Translations under genes and position numbers: made by a program | In this document: in pieces, positions 1-14,541 of the stretch | Position numbering within the stretch: the stretch's first letter is position 1 | Layout of the letters: every line of letters starts with the position of its first letter | Notes under the pieces: generated by a model | Databases searched by the model: none | Told to the model about the DNA's origin: nothing | Seen by the model: the letters and a program-made list of their open reading frames with translations, nothing else | DNA from: Eledone cirrhosa | Taxonomy: Eukaryota | NCBI GenBank assembly: GCA_964016885.1 | Contig: OZ024742.1 | Coordinates: 297,910,001 to 297,974,000 of the forward strand | DNA length: 64,000 bases | Reading direction: 5' to 3'

Positions 1-1361
1 GAAATTTTGCAAGGCAGTACAAGACCACTTTGGAGCCCAAAGCAGGCAAAGGTTTTTCTCAAAATGGATGTTGCATGGTTGCTGTGGAACCTTCTTAGCT
101 CTAGAACAAAGTGCTGCCTGGCCCCCACTCTTATAGGTCCTGCCCATGACTGTGAGTGAAATTGGTAGTCAGAAATTGGTACAAAGCCGCTCATATATAT
201 ATATATTTGTGTGATTCTCAACGTTTCTTATCTTCATATTTGACACCACAAACAGTGACACTTGTAACTAAAGTTCAATATGCAAAAGTCAGTGCTTTAA
301 TTATAAAACAAATAAACAAGGGTTGAAGGAGGATTGGTAACATGACACTGCCAAAAAAACTTATCTCACCAATGCTAGCTTGTGGAAGAACATGATGTTG
401 ATGATGGTCGTAGTGAAAGAGGATGATGATGCAATAAGATCAATGAGAGAACAAGAAAATCATTTTTTTTCTTTCAGAATAAATAAATGTCAACAAAAGG
501 CAGAGAAGCATTAAGTATATAACAATACAAGCATATATTTCTTATGAATTTTCATTGAAAACAAGCCCGTAATCTATTATTGGATAAGTTTGAATACTCT
601 GCTAATGTATACCAACATAAGAACTGTTGTTGGGTAATCTTGATTCAGCATGATTCATTGAGTAAAACTCGTCATTGAAAATCTCTAGCCTGAGAAGAGA
701 GCATGTTTTACATGTTGTTTATCAATGATCTAGTTTAAGATATGTAACATGACAGGAGAGGCTGTATTCTATTTGGCTTTTGGCTTAATCTAGTAATTCA
801 GAGGATTAAAAGTGGACTACTGTAAAAACATATAAGATGGACAAAATTCACTACAAGTATTGTTCCAGTTCAATAGGATTTAGCTCTTAAAACTCTCTAA
901 TGATTTACTTGGAAACATCTAAAAGCAGGTTTGTTAATTCAAATATTTATAGTAACTTTACTACTTGACAGATTGTTGTGAAACTTTGTAGTATTAAAAG
1001 AAAGACTTCAATTGTTAAAGGGATTGAGTCATAGTGCAGTTTTGTACTTTGTAATTATGATTTGGTACAGAATTATAAGAGTTAATAAAGAATCTGTGTT
1101 TACTACAACACAGTTAATGTTTAATACTAAAACAAAAACAGCTGTAAGCCCTTGTTCTATGATAGTAAGTTGTTTATATGAAAGTATCTATCTAAAAATC
1201 TTCTATTATAATTGTTTGTAAGAAGTTTTGTTAAGTTGTGTACCAAATAGCAGCTTAAAGAGAAATTTAGATATATTCAGCCCCTCAAATTCTTGATTAT
1301 TTTATCAAAATGATTTGAAAACTATAGGCACCATATTTAATTAGAAATATGATAATGAATG

Positions 1362-1403
<42 letters not shown>

Positions 1404-2760
1404 TATGTATGTATGTATATATAGAGAGAGAGATATAGATACATAATCTCCTTACTATAGATTATTATATATGTATTTATGCTGCTTTAATGAGAGTGCC
1501 CATGATCATTTTCATGGGGTCTCCATGACTGTTAGGAGAGATAAACTTGGCCCCAATATTTGCAATGGAGTGGGCCCTGTTAATAGCATTGTTAAACTGC
1601 ACAACAAATTAAGTCTACCACACAAGCAGGCTACAGTGAGATTTGAACTCTAAGAGCCAGAATAAATACCACAAGGCAACAATTTCAATTCTCCAACAGT
1701 TTCACCAGTCCACCATCCTGTACTGGTATATTTTTCAAGGTTTTTATTTAATGGAAATGTCTTTTTTTGTGCATGAAGTATTCAATCATGTTTGTGAAAG
1801 TAAAAAAACAAATGATTAAGATATCCATAGCTTGTAACACAAACAACAAAATTCTCCCCTCTCCACTCACCTGCATAGGGCACCCATTCTACCATGATGT
1901 GGTGGATAAAGTTAGTCTGATATATCCCTTTCAACTATAAATGTGCCAAACTTTGGTACCTTGAGTTCTAGTAAAGTGAGTTTCTTGTGTTGTGCAAGCT
2001 TCCCTCAAAACACATTGCTGGACTTTCTCCCTTCACCCACTAAACCAGGTTCTTCATTTAACACTACTACCCCTCCTTTTTCTCTTTTTTATTGATGTTG
2101 TCTTGAATGAACAGAAACAATATAGAATAATAAGTATTCTTTACACTCAAAAGTTTCAGAGCAAATTCACAATAAAGTGCACTCAGTACACTGTAACATG
2201 GTTGGTTAAAGAATGGAGACAATATAAGGTCAAAATGACCCCTTAGTTCTGCCGAGGATATAACACACTATACAAATTGCCCTAGCATGAAAAACAGAGG
2301 TGAAATAATTATGATGATTATGAGTCCTTAGATTCTTTTGATTTTATAAAACGATGATGATGATAATATTACTGAAATGTGGAATGAAGTTTCATGCTAG
2401 TAAAGAGTTTAAAAGCAATGGCTAACATATATTAATTTCAATTAAATATTTTGTTTTTATTTGGAAAATTGGATCTTTAAGTCATAAGAAAATAAAAATA
2501 TTAAAATTATGACAGAGGAGTTACAATTAAAAATGTTAGAAATTTTATTTAGACTTTTCAATATTATGAGTGTATTTGAACAGCAGCATATTAAATTCTA
2601 TAGGATCCAAACATTCACAAGTTTTAATCACTTTCGTTTATAATGAAGAAATTTCAACTACTTGAAAAATATTATTAAGAAAATAATGTAAGGGAAAAAT
2701 TAATATATATCGAATTAACAAAATACCATTTGCACATATAATCATTATGCGCCATAAAAT

Positions 2761-3010
2761 TTATAAAGATTGATTTGAAAAGAATGAATATTATAGCAAG
2801 CTTAGGTGTATTCTAATAAAATATGATCATTAATATGTCCTGCAAACTTTATACAGATGCATTTGAAAGGATAAATGTTATATCAAGCTTGAGTGTTTTT
2901 AATAAAATGCAGTTGCTAATATGTCCTATAAAATTCATACAGATTCATTTGAAAAAAAAGAAAGAATGTTATAACAAGCTTAAGACTATTTTAATAAACA
3001 GTAACAAAAA
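2761..3010. repeat. Degenerate ~87-bp tandem repeat, about 3 units
   Basis: ATTTGAAA at 2773, 2861 and 2947, each followed by CAAGCTT..TAATAAA. TAATATGTCCT recurs in the first two units. Confidence 0.7.
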
Positions 3011-4412
3011 CATAAATTCATATAAACTATTAATTCACTGACAATAAAAGAATATCAATTTGATGGAGAAGTTTGATTGATTCACAGAACTATCAACTAT
3101 AAATCTAAACTAGCAACAATAAAAAAAATCAATTATTCCAACATACCTTTCTTCAGTTTAAACTCTATTTTTTCCATATTTTCTAATGTTTGGTTTGAGG
3201 TAAAAAGAATCCCAAATCCCAAAGAAATCAGGAAACTTAGAAAGACTAATAATATATGGATTAATAGTGATTGCACATGATAAACGCCCTGTGTATATAA
3301 ACAGGACCTTGTTACAGGAACAATAATACAATTATTTCTATTGTTCAGTAGTTTATAGGTATATGTGTGTGTGTATATATATATATATATAAATATATAT
3401 GTATATTTATCGAGTAGAACTGCTGTTGCAATGCTTATCCGTGTCTCTCATTTACATAGGCTGAATTTTCCTGTGATGTTCATTAAGTTGAGAGAAGCAG
3501 CAGTAGTACTACAGAAAACCAGCTGTGTAATGGCTTTATAGCATTCTTCTCAATCTAAACTGTTAAAATTTTTGCTTATTTATTTATATTCATATTTTTT
3601 TTATTTCTTTCCTTCTAACTATGAAACCTTTTAGCTCTATTTTCAAAAAGTTGAAAAATCAATAAATAAGAAAGAAAAATAAAGTAAAGAAAAGGAATAA
3701 AGAAAAAGGATTAAATTAAAAGTAGAAATGATGTTATGATACTTCTACTTTCACTTTCGATAATAAACAACAAACAGAGAAGAAATATATATAGAATTAA
3801 AAATAGCAATAGGAGGAAATCTGTTTGCTGAAGTTTATCCCGCCTATATTGCAGAAGTAATTAAGTATTGAGAGCTTGTATAAAGTCAAATGCCTTGTTA
3901 CACTTTCAATACATATAAAAAAGTCTACAAACATATGTGTAGTATATATGTGTGTAAGTATGTATGTGTGAGTGGTGTGCTTGGTGGTTGTAGGAAGTAT
4001 ACAAATTAATTATTTATATATTAATGAGAAAAAATCTCAAACATAAAGAAATAGATAAAAGAAAGCATCAGCTAATAACATTTAAGTTTATTTAATTAAC
4101 TAACCAAATACTAATTAAGATATAAAAATTTATTTTTGTGAAACATAATGATTTCCCACTTTGTTCAGTCAGAGGTTTGTTAAGAGTGTAATATAATCAA
4201 TTAACTTGAGAGCATGGAACATGATTGGTATTTATTTCCCATAGAGAAGTGAAGTATAAGGTTCACCTGGAGATATTTGAACCCAGAACATTGTCAGGTC
4301 ATTCACTCTATTTCTAGCAGATCATCGTTCTTATTTTGCAAGCATAATAATAATCACTTCCCATTGTAGTTGGATCTTTAAGTAAGAAGGTTTCTATACA
4401 TTTTCTTTCTGC

Positions 4413-4471
<59 letters not shown>

Positions 4472-4495
4472 CACACACACACACACACACACATA

Positions 4496-4831
4496 TCATC
4501 ATCATCAGCATCATTTTATGTCCGCTTTTCCCTGCTTGCAAGGGTGGGACAGGAACTGATTCTGGCTTGATATCTACAGCTGGATGCCCTTCCTAACACC
4601 AACCTCATTTACAGTGAGTGCTGGGTTTTTTTTCCTGTGGCACCTCCACGACCAGTCTGCAGTGGAATGATATGGACCCTAGTCCCTATCATCTCATTTC
4701 TACAGCTGAGTAAACTGGAGCAATGTGAAATAAAGTGTCTTGCTCAAAGAAACAACACATCACCCGGTCTGAGAATTGAACTCACAACCTTTTGATTGCA
4801 AGGCCAATGCTCTAACCACTAAGCCATGTGC
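4496..4831 (-). mobile_element. tRNA-derived SINE with a CORE-like domain and RTE-derived 3' tail (family 1), full length
   Basis: Reverse complement shows A box TGGCTTAGTGG, B box GAGTTCAATTC and TTGAGCAAGACACTTTA. It then carries GGTGTTAGGAAGGGCATCCAGCTGTAGA, shared with the RTE 3' UTR, and a (GAT)n tail. Confidence 0.85.
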
Positions 4832-5856
4832 TTACATATATATATATATATTTCTCTTCCCTTACTGCTATCCTCTTCTCTCTCCTTCTACCTCTTACTT
4901 TCATTCACCTCCTCTGCTAGTCACCCTCTCTCGGCTAGCCTCTTCCTTACACTTTCACTCACTCACTCTCTGCTACTCACCCTCTCTCACTTCCTCCATC
5001 GTCCGACACCGTGCAAAATTCTTTTCTCGCTCACTTTTCACACGACCAAGATGTGTCTTTCATCTTCTCGTCAATGATTCCCAAGTTCTTATGTTCATAT
5101 GAATCACTGACTTGATTTTCTCATTTTTTCCTCTCTTTACGTTGCCTCACCATTCTTGTTTGTTCACCTGTCTCTCTTTCTCCACCCAATTCTTTTTATC
5201 CCAATAACTTATTTTAAATATTGTTCGCGCTAGCTTGAGGTATCTGATCTTTAATGCAAAGAAATACCTATGATGGCTAGTAGATCACTGATGATGGATA
5301 GTCCTGGCTTCTCGTTCTAATTTTTAATTCATATGTATCACATCCACAACAACACAGCATGCCCTTTTTCATTCCTATATATATATAATATCTATCTAAA
5401 TTATCTTACGGTCAACTTGTTGATTTGAGAATGTAAGCATTGTCTTCCATATTCTATAGTCTTCCCAATGAGCAGTGTTTTTAAACTCCGAGCTATGCTA
5501 GTCTACAATTCAAATTCCCCGTTTGTTTCTCTCGGATTTTCAATTAATATTTACATGTTTTTAAATGATTTGTCTCATTCTGTTGGACCCTTCCTAAATC
5601 AAATCTTTCTCCTAAAATTACCCATTTCCCGCCCTCCCACCCCCACACACCACCAGCGGCTTTAGTAAGTTCCCTAATAAATCAGTATTGCAAAGCTACC
5701 GCCCCAGTTACTACTCCTTAAGTTTAGACCTGTTTGATGGGTTGACTACGGAGATTTGGAAAGTCTAAGCATTCAATGACGATGTCACAGATAAAGATAA
5801 ATTCACCTCCTGCTGCAGGACGAGAATAGAAAGACCCCTCTCTATTTCAGACACGA

Positions 5857-8800
5857 ATGACCAACATAATTCCATCTCCCACACCCCTCCCTGCCCCTCC
5901 AACCCATCCATCCTACCCTCCCAACTTCAGAGTTGGTACCATGAACATAGGCACATTAAAAAGTCGCTCAAATAAGGTTGTAGAGATGCTTGAACTTAAA
6001 GAAGTTGATGTTTGTTGTATTCAAGAGACTAGGTGGAGAGGGTGGTCTGCCAGATTCATCGTGGGTAAAAAACGATGCTATAAACTTTTCTGGGTGGGAA
6101 ATGACAACAGACTGGGTGGAGTAGGAATTATGTTAGCTGAAAAATGGGTAGATAAGGTAATCGACGTAAATAGAGTAAATGACAGAATAATTAAAATAAA
6201 GCTAGTTCTAAATAAAACTACTGTGACAATAATATCCGCTTATGCACCCCAATCTGGTCTACTTGACATTATAAAGGACAGGTTCTATGAGACGCTAATG
6301 CACACTACCTCCCAAATAACCGACAGCAACTACCTAATTATTGCTGGTGATCTAAACGGCCACGTTGGACAACATAGTGATGGCTATGGTGGAATCCATG
6401 GAGGCTATGTGGTTGGAAATAGAAATGAGGAAGGCTTCAGAATCCTGGAATTCTGTGATGCCAATAACCTAACTATCTGTAACACAAACTTCAAAAAACG
6501 TGAAAACCACTTGATCACCTATAGATCAGGGGAACACGCCAGCCAGATAGATTATATCCTTACTAGAAGACGGGACAAAGTGTCTGTTGTAAACACTAAA
6601 TCCATCCCCTGTGAAGAATGCACCTCCCAACATAGCCTAGTAGTTAGTGACCTCACAGTCAGGAATAGATGTACTCAACGACAGAGGAGGCCTACCTTGA
6701 GGAGAAGAATATGGAAGTTGAAGGACCCCATAGCCAGTGACAAATTTAAAAGCTTATTACTTGATGCCTTTGACAATAAGGAAGAGCAATTAGAGACGTG
6801 CGATATAGAGGAACAGTGGCAATTCTTGAAAGTGAACCTGCTGAAATCAACGGATGAAATCTGTGTCTGGAGCAGACCTATTGGCAGGAGGAGAGTAACT
6901 TGGTGGTGGAACAGTAAGGTAGAAGAGACAATCAAGGCCAAAAAGCAGGCTTGGAAAGTATGGTAGGATGGGGGAAGTAGAGAGCACTATCAAGTTGCCA
7001 GGAGAAAAGCTAGGAGACAAGTGTACCTTACAAAAAGGGAAGCAGAGGAAAGAAAGTTCAATTTTGTTCTACAACGTGAGGACCAAAAATGTGAGGTGTT
7101 CAGGATTGCTAGACAATGTGTCAAGGAAAACCGTGATATTGTCGGGGAGAAGTGTATCCGTAATGATAACGGTGTACTTGCCCTCACTGATGCTGATAAG
7201 AAGATATCCTGGAAGTGTCACTACGAGAGACTATTAAATGAGGAGAATAAGTGGGAAAAAGATAGTCTGCCCCAAATCGATCCAATAGGGCCAGCGGTGC
7301 AAGTTAAAGGTAGTATAATAAGTAAGGCAATCAAAGATATGAAGACAGGCAAGGCAGCTGGGCCTTTGGAAATAGTTGCTGAGATGTTGAAGGCATCTGG
7401 AATGGTGGGACATATTATGGTCATCCGTATAGTTAACAGAATGGGGTCATACCAAAAGACTGGCGTAGCAGCATCATCATTAACTGCTACAAGGGTAAAG
7501 AAGATGCTCTAGATAGAGGAAACTATAGAGGTATTAAGTTAGTTGACCAGGTCATGAAGGTCACAGAAAGAGTTATAGCGCAACTAATCAGAGAGCGAAT
7601 TGATCTAGATGAAATGCAGTTTGGGTTTGTGTCAGGTAAAAGCACCACAGACGCTCTTTTCCTTGTACGACAACTACAAGAGAAGTACCTAGCTAAAAGT
7701 AAACCCTTCTACTTAGCTTTTGTAGACCTGGAAAAAGCCTTTGACAGAGTCCCCCATTCCATTATCTGGTGGGCTCTTAGAAAACTAGGTGTAGATGAAT
7801 GGCTTGTGAGAGCTATACAAGCCATGTATAATGAAACAGTCAGCAAGGTTAGAATTAACAATGAATATTGTGAAGAATTTAGTGTCAAAAGTTGGTGTTC
7901 TGTCCTTAGCCTCCTCCTATTTATTATTACCCTTCAGGCTATAACAGAGGAGTTCAAGACTGGCTGGCCATGGGAACTTCTATACGCAGATGATCTAACA
8001 CTCATAGCTGAATCAATGGCTGAACTAGAAAAGAAATTCCAAACATGGAAGCATGACCTAGAATCGAAAGGCCTGAAAGTTAACTTGTCTAAGACTAAAG
8101 TCCTAGTTTGTAGAAAAGAAAATAAGGCACAGGTACCCTCAAGGAAATGGCCTTGCTCAGTGTGTAGGAAAGGAGTAGGCAGAAATTCAATTTTATGTCC
8201 CAAATGCAAAGTATGGGTACACAGGTAAACTATCTAAGAACGTAGACTTTATATGTGGCCGATGCTCAGGTGCAATAGGTAGCAAGTGTCCACAGGATAC
8301 TAGCCCCTTCTATTGCCCAGATGGTTCTATAGAAATAGTAGACACTTTCTGTTACCTGGGTGACGAAATCAGCAGTGGTGGAGGGTGTTCTGAAAGTACA
8401 GTAGCCAGAGTCAGAACGGGATGGAAAAAGTTCAGAGAGCTTATACTGCTGTTGGCCACAAAAGGTTTCTCTCTAAAAATGAAAGGCAGATTGTATGATG
8501 CCTGTATACGAACAGCAATGCTACATGGCAGTGAGACATGGGCATTATATGCAGAGGACCTGCATAGACTGGAAAGGAATGAAGCATGCATGCTCCGTTG
8601 GATGTGTAATAGTAATATACGTGAACGGCAAAGCATAAATGAACTAAGTGAGAAATTAGGAATAAGATGGATCAGATGCTGTTTACTCGAGAGAAGACTA
8701 CGTTGGTATGGCCACATGATGCGCATGAAAGATGACAGCTGTATAAAAAAGTGCAGGGCGATCAAAATTGATGGTAGTTACAGAGTAGGTAGACCCAGAA

Positions 8801-8934
8801 AAACCTGGGACGATCTGATAAATTCCAACCTTACACACTTGCACCTCTCTAAGACAATGTTACTACGCAGTAATACAGAAGACCCGCCTTGCCTATGTAC
8901 AAAGCGAAACCTAAAGTCAGTAGGCACCTCTTAA
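5857..8934 (+). pseudogene. Disrupted RTE APE-RT polyprotein with a PHD-like Cys-rich insert
   Basis: ORFs 5857-6966, 7021-7512, 7554-8228 and 8452-8934 are consecutive pieces of one protein broken by stops and frameshifts. The HQG of the RT GVHQGS motif is deleted relative to copy B. Confidence 0.9.
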
Positions 8935-9316
8935 CCAAAAATACACCCCAATCCACTTCCCCTACCCTATCCTCCCACTCCCACCAACACCAACCTCTCT
9001 CTATAAAGTTAGTACCACAACATCCAGTCCAAATAAATGAGATCGAGATCGAGATCGTGTAGGTGTCACGAGAAAAAACACACAGTCCACGCTGTAATGT
9101 GGCCATGTAGGTAACGGTAAAAAATTCCCAGTCCCACACTGTAAATGTGGTTGGTGTTAGGAAGGGCATCCAGCTGTAGATAACCTGCCAGATAGTCCTA
9201 TATGAGCGAGACATGGTCACCCGATCAACCTTGCCTCAAGTGGGACAACTTCCGTCTAACCCATGCTAGCATGGAAAATGGACATTAAACGAAGATGATG
9301 ATGATGAGATGATGAT
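5857..9316 (+). mobile_element. RTE-clade non-LTR retrotransposon, near full length, decayed (copy A)
   Basis: APE endonuclease motifs (GTMNIGTL, CCIQETRW, SAYAPQ, GDLNGH, QIDYIL) and RT motifs (QFGF, FVDLEKAFD, LLYADD), followed by the RTE C-terminus (LHGSETW, RLRWYGH, GRPRKTW). The 3' UTR ends CCCATGCTAGCATGGAAAATGGAC-(GAT)n. The 5' UTR may extend upstream of 5857. Confidence 0.95.
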
Positions 9317-9672
9317 ATACACACATATATACACATATATATATATATATACATTCCTATATATACATATTCATATATACACATATATACACACACTAAT
9401 TCCTATATATATATATATATATATATACATAGATATATATGCTCATACATATATACATACATATACATATATATGCTCATACATATATATATATATACAC
9501 ATACATATATATACACATACATATATATACATATATATAATACACATATATAATTTACATACATATAACTTTCTTTTTATAATACACATACATATAATAC
9601 ACACACACACATATATATATATTGATACACACACACACATACATACATATATACACATAAATACATACATTT
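9317..9672. repeat. Compound (TA)/(CA) microsatellite
   Basis: Direct inspection. Confidence 0.9.
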
Positions 9673-11247
9673 ACATGATGGCTGCAACTCAATTTCGAGT
9701 TTTGCTATCACTTGATACGTAATCATGGATGTGGCTTTTGAGTCCTGCTAGGGATTGACTATGGCCAGCAATACTATGAATCGCAATGCCTGTGTTTGAA
9801 GGTTTTTAAGTGAATAAAGGCTTTGCACAGGGCCAATCCCACTGGTAGAACTGGTCTACATCATTGGGTGTGAATGAAGTAAGTTGCAGGTATTACATCA
9901 GAGTGACCTTGTCCTAGAGAGATGTCTTAATGAAGACTAGGAGTCTCTCGCTCCATAAAAAGAAAAAAAATACTTTGTTGGATGGCCATTGACTCTCCTG
10001 AGTTCCTCTGCCTCTTAAGAACTATAGATCATGTTGTGGTATAGTTTTGGATAAGAATCAGTAATGTTTTTCCATTCAACTGAAAATTTTCTCTAAGAAA
10101 AATGTAATAATATTATAAAAATAATAACTCAAATATACAGAATAAGAAATGTTACTCACTAAATTATTTCTTCTGTGTTATTTTTTTATTGTTTTACCAT
10201 TAGGAATATTTAATTTATGTGTATAATTCTATGTGGATTTGATTTTAAATAGGCACAACATATCCCTGTGCATTGTAAAGGGTGACTAAAAGAGTTGGTA
10301 CTAAGGTACAGTTATCCAGCAGGAAAACATCACCTTAGAAAGAGCCACATTGCGTGTATTATGCTTGCTATAGAGACAATGTAGCTATACCTTCTTTAAC
10401 AGGGAAAATAGCCTTAAAACACTTGTATATTTAATGTTTGTAAGTATGCGTTCATTTTTGTATATCCATTTATCTGTGTCCCATGTGCTGTATGTGTTAT
10501 TATACATTTGTATGTGTATGTATCTATTTCTATGTGTGTAGGAGAATACTAAGCATTTTTCCCACCAACTCTTAAAATGTTACACAGTTACATAAATGCT
10601 GATACAGAAACTTAAGTTTAGTTGTATATAATAAGATGATGAGCAAAAATACCATGAATCGAGATGGAATGGAAAATACATTGCTATGATAAATATTTAT
10701 TTTACAAAAACAATTTGTATGCTTATTTTATTGATTCAAAAACACACACAAATCCTGTTAATTTCACTTTACATTTATCATTTATTTCCTGGTGTCAGGG
10801 ACCAGGTTACAAACAGTGGGACAAAAACGTTTGACATGAAGGAATGAATGTTAAATATAAAGGAAATTTAGCAGTTTTGTGTGTGTTTTTGATAGCTTAA
10901 AATGACTCTTCCATGATGTAATTGCTTTAGTTTCAACACACAGTCTCAAATTAAGTCACTTGCTAAATAAATACGACTACAAAATGTTGGTGTTGTACAT
11001 TTCTTATTAGGTATTCATGTGATCTGATATAACAATGTTAAGAAAAATGTATTGTTCTTTGAATTAAACAAATGAAATCTATAAACAACAGTTATTTGAA
11101 AAGACTACATGATGTTTCTAACTGTTACAAATAATTAAACAATGAATTAGTAAGCAATACAGTCCATCTTCTAGGTCTGACTACATCTGGTTTTAAAACA
11201 TTTTCAAATACTAGACTCATCATTTTTGTTTTTTTATATTTTAAGCT

Positions 11248-12640
11248 GATGATGATGATGATGATAATTTATTTTATTGGCCACAAGGGCCCAAGGTATT
11301 GGGAACAATACATAGACAAAGAAAATAACAGAGTGGGGTTTACATTTTTACATTGAGTGAAGGAAAGGGGGCATTACTGAAGAGAAAAAATAGGGATAAT
11401 AATGGAATTTGTAATAAATATATATAACAATAGAAAACAATAATAATAATTGTTTCTACTTATGGCACAAGGCCACCAATTACCCAGTGCGTTACTGGTA
11501 CTTTATTTTATCGACCCCATAAGGATCAAAGGCAAAGTTAACCTCGACGGGATTTGAACTCAGAATGGCAAGAGCCGTAACTCTATGCGTCAAGGCATGG
11601 TGTCCACCCCTCTACCGATACTGTCAATCCATAATAATAATAATTGTTTCTACTTTTTGGCACAAGGCCAGCAATTACCCAGTGCATTACTGGTACTATA
11701 TTTTATCAACCCCGTAAGGATGAAAGGCAGAGTTAACCTCAGCAGGATTTGAACTCAATAATAATAATGAATGTCAACAAGGAACAGTTACCCAATAGTG
11801 GGGGGAACTACCTACACTGTAAGGTAATTCCAGGGAGAATCCCATACAAAACCATGGGCTTCTCTGTAGCCTCATGAGCATTGAAAGCATCCTCTCCTAG
11901 TTTCCTCCCACTTTTCGCCTCGTCAATCTTGCAGCTCTCACCAATCGTTCATAAAACAGAAGAATGGAGCAACTCCCTCTTTACCTTCACCTTCTTCCTC
12001 AAGTGGAACTTGAAGAAGTTGATGATGGATTGGCTAGAGAGGAAGATTTCTGTCCTCGATCCCTTTAGGTGAGACCATCATAGCTCTTCCTTCGATATAG
12101 CTGCCATGTAGAGGAAGTCTTGCCATGCCTCCTATCTGAAAGAAGGTGACAGTTCCCTTTTCATTATAGGCCTGGCTGATTGCTGTATCTGTCACCTGAT
12201 AGCCAGATGGTTTCATCCCCCTGATGCATCTCAGATAGGTCCAACTATTGGCACTTCCATGTCTGTAGAGCTTGTCTCAAAATGGTAGTGCTCCTCTGAA
12301 GCACTGCCATGCTCAGGATTTTTGGAAATTGTCCATAATGCCCGACCTGAAATTATTCTGGAAGAGCTTGTTCAGTCTGTCTTCATTGGAGCCCAGAGCA
12401 GATCACAGACCATTGCAGCTCATACCTTTCACTAACTCTCTGTAGAATGCAAGTGTTATTTTCTAGCCACCTATCACATTGTTCAGCTGGTAAAAAGCTG
12501 TCAGAGCCTGGCAGCATTCTAGATGCCAGTTTCCCAACCTTGGTCTGTGCTCGACCAAGGCTTTGATTTCATTATCATCAATTTCCAGTTCTTGAGGTAA
12601 TTCCACAGGTGTGTTGGCCACAGTGCATGTCTGCGCATCA
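11248..12640 (-). mobile_element. L1/Tx1-like LINE 3' fragment with SINEs inserted in its 3' UTR
   Basis: The minus strand reads GIMDNFQKS.AWQCFRGALPF.DKLYRHGS, homologous to the 50.7 kb copy. The 3' end has CCTTGTGGCCAATAAAA followed by (ATC)n. Confidence 0.65.
11450..11757 (-). mobile_element. Two adjacent SINE family 2 copies (one full, one truncated)
   Basis: TTGTTTCTACTT..GGCACAAGGCC..AGGATGAAAGGC..GGATTTGAACTC occurs twice. Confidence 0.85.
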
Positions 12641-13036
12641 ATAGTGATGGTATCCTGAGTCTAACAGTGGGATTAAGAAGTTTGCATCACAGCCATGTGG
12701 CTTTGAGTTCGATCCCATTGCTATATAGGTGAAAGCCTGTTTATGTGTGTGTGTGTGTGTGTGTGTATGTGCATGCATATGTATTTATGTGCAACTTCAC
12801 ACTGAAACCACTTAAACAAATGGTAGCATATGTTGATTGATTTCCTGCATAAACAATAGATTACTCAACTTAATGATTTGACAATGATCAATGCCATAAA
12901 CTACTATATGAGATAATATATAGGTTAACATTATTAGGAAAGGTAGACAGCTGTAAAGTACTGCCTCAAAAGTCTCATCCAATCTATGCAAGCAGAGAAA
13001 TGTTCACATAAACATGATGATGACGATGGTAATAAT

Positions 13037-13219
13037 TGTTTCTACTTTTGGCACAAGGCCAGTAATTATCCCAGTACATTACTGGTACTTTATTTTATCG
13101 ACCCCGTAAGGATGAAAGGCAAAGTTAACCTCGGCGGGATTTGAACTCAGAACGTAAATGGACGTAACTCTGCTGTAAAGCATGGCGTCCAACCCTCTAC
13201 CGATACTGCCAATTCACCA
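13037..13219 (-). mobile_element. SINE family 2
   Basis: Reverse complement is homologous to the 62062 copy, with TSD GATGGTAATAAT. Confidence 0.85.
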
Positions 13220-14362
13220 TGATGGTAATAATGACAACAAGGATGATGCTGCTAAGCTCATAACAGAGAATTAGTGATCTGCCAACAGGTTCACTTCTCA
13301 CTTTAGACAATCTTGCTTTTGAATTTTATGAACAGCTTGATAAAATCCTTGTTATTAATGGGTTTTGTTATACATATTTTGTCCATAAGTTTTAGGGACA
13401 TGCCAAACTGTAGTATGATTTGAATTAGAATTACATCTGGGGGTTTTTTCAATGTTTATATGGGTTGGAGGAAGTTCAAACATTATCCTAATTTCATGGA
13501 CATTAAGCAACTGAGAATTCGAGACTCTTCCCTGGATGGAAAACCAGTCTGTCATACAGTTAAACTCCAGCTATCACTTGGACTCATTTCCAGCTAAGTG
13601 AATTGAAGCATTGTTAAATAAAATGCCTTCCTTAAGGACTCAATATATCACATGGTCTAGGTATTGAACCTATGGCCCTATGATTATGCACCCAACACTT
13701 TAAACCCTTGATCACATGTCTTCTCACTATAGTAGCATGTAACACGTCAAATGGGTGTATGGGATTCAATGCATCCAAATAAAATTAAATGTAAGTAGCT
13801 CCTTTTACCTTGTTATTTACCTATGTGTGGCTTTATATATTACCTTTGTTTGAAATATGTTACAATTAATTGATTTGATTCTGTGTAATAATAAATGTCT
13901 AGATTGAATTAAATACAAATCTATAATTTGGAACTATATTTCTGTGTCCAAGAGCAAAAAGGTATTAGGTATTGGCATTAGCTTATCTAATTAACATATG
14001 TGTAATTAAATTTTATTAATAGATGTTGGCAAAGATGATAGTTAGAAATTATGAGTGGCCTCCAGGTAAGTAACAGAAAGCGCTAATTGTTACAGTAGAT
14101 GGAAAAGAAATAATCTTGGAAATTTTAAAGAATAATAATAAAGGTAGAGAAAAGAAAATCTGGTGCAAAATTTATTAAAAATACCTCTTCAAATAAAGAG
14201 GGATAAAAAGATATGAGCATTATCCTTATCCTCATCCAGATGTTTTGGCTGTAACCATCTATAGTTCTATAATATAATATGCTTTATTTTAATGTGTTTA
14301 TACTTATCTAAAAATGATCTGTTACAATTTTAGGTTATATTACAAGCATCAGATAAATAATA

Positions 14363-14541
14363 CTTTCTGATTTAGACACAAGGCCAGCAATTTGAAGGAG
14401 AGGGGAAAGTTGATTAAATCGACTCCAGTGTGTTACTGGTATTTTATTCATGCAAGGCAGTACTTGAACTCAGAACGTAAAGGGCCGTAACTCTATGCTG
14501 TGAATTATGGTGTCCAACGCTCTACCAATTCTGCCAATCCT
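14363..14541 (-). mobile_element. SINE family 2, long-tail variant
   Basis: Homologous to the 19361 copy. Confidence 0.75.

Noticed and set aside
3147-3182. Possible minus-strand 36-nt exon (NMEKIEFKLKK), and other AG..GT candidates at about 1871-1934, 28633-28830 and 49878-49929
   Set aside because: There is no homology, strands and phases are inconsistent, and such sites arise by chance in AT-rich DNA.
4760-4831. tRNA-like sequence
   Set aside because: It is a SINE head with A and B boxes, not a complete cloverleaf gene.
5238-5270. AGGTAT-CTGATC-TTT..AAAG-AAATACCT hairpin
   Set aside because: It lacks the GA of the core and any stem III, so it is a plain hairpin.
5620-5856. Possible HDV-like ribozyme in the RTE 5' UTR (CACCTCCTGCTG)
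   Set aside because: I could not build the nested double pseudoknot by eye. It needs a descriptor search.
6675-8765. Antisense ORFs overlapping the RTE copies and the PLE
   Set aside because: They are shadow frames of transposon coding sequence.
9309-9722. ORFs rich in Y/I/H/T or C/V (also at 35390, 37754, 43148, 45185 and 56746-57364)
   Set aside because: They are translations of microsatellites.
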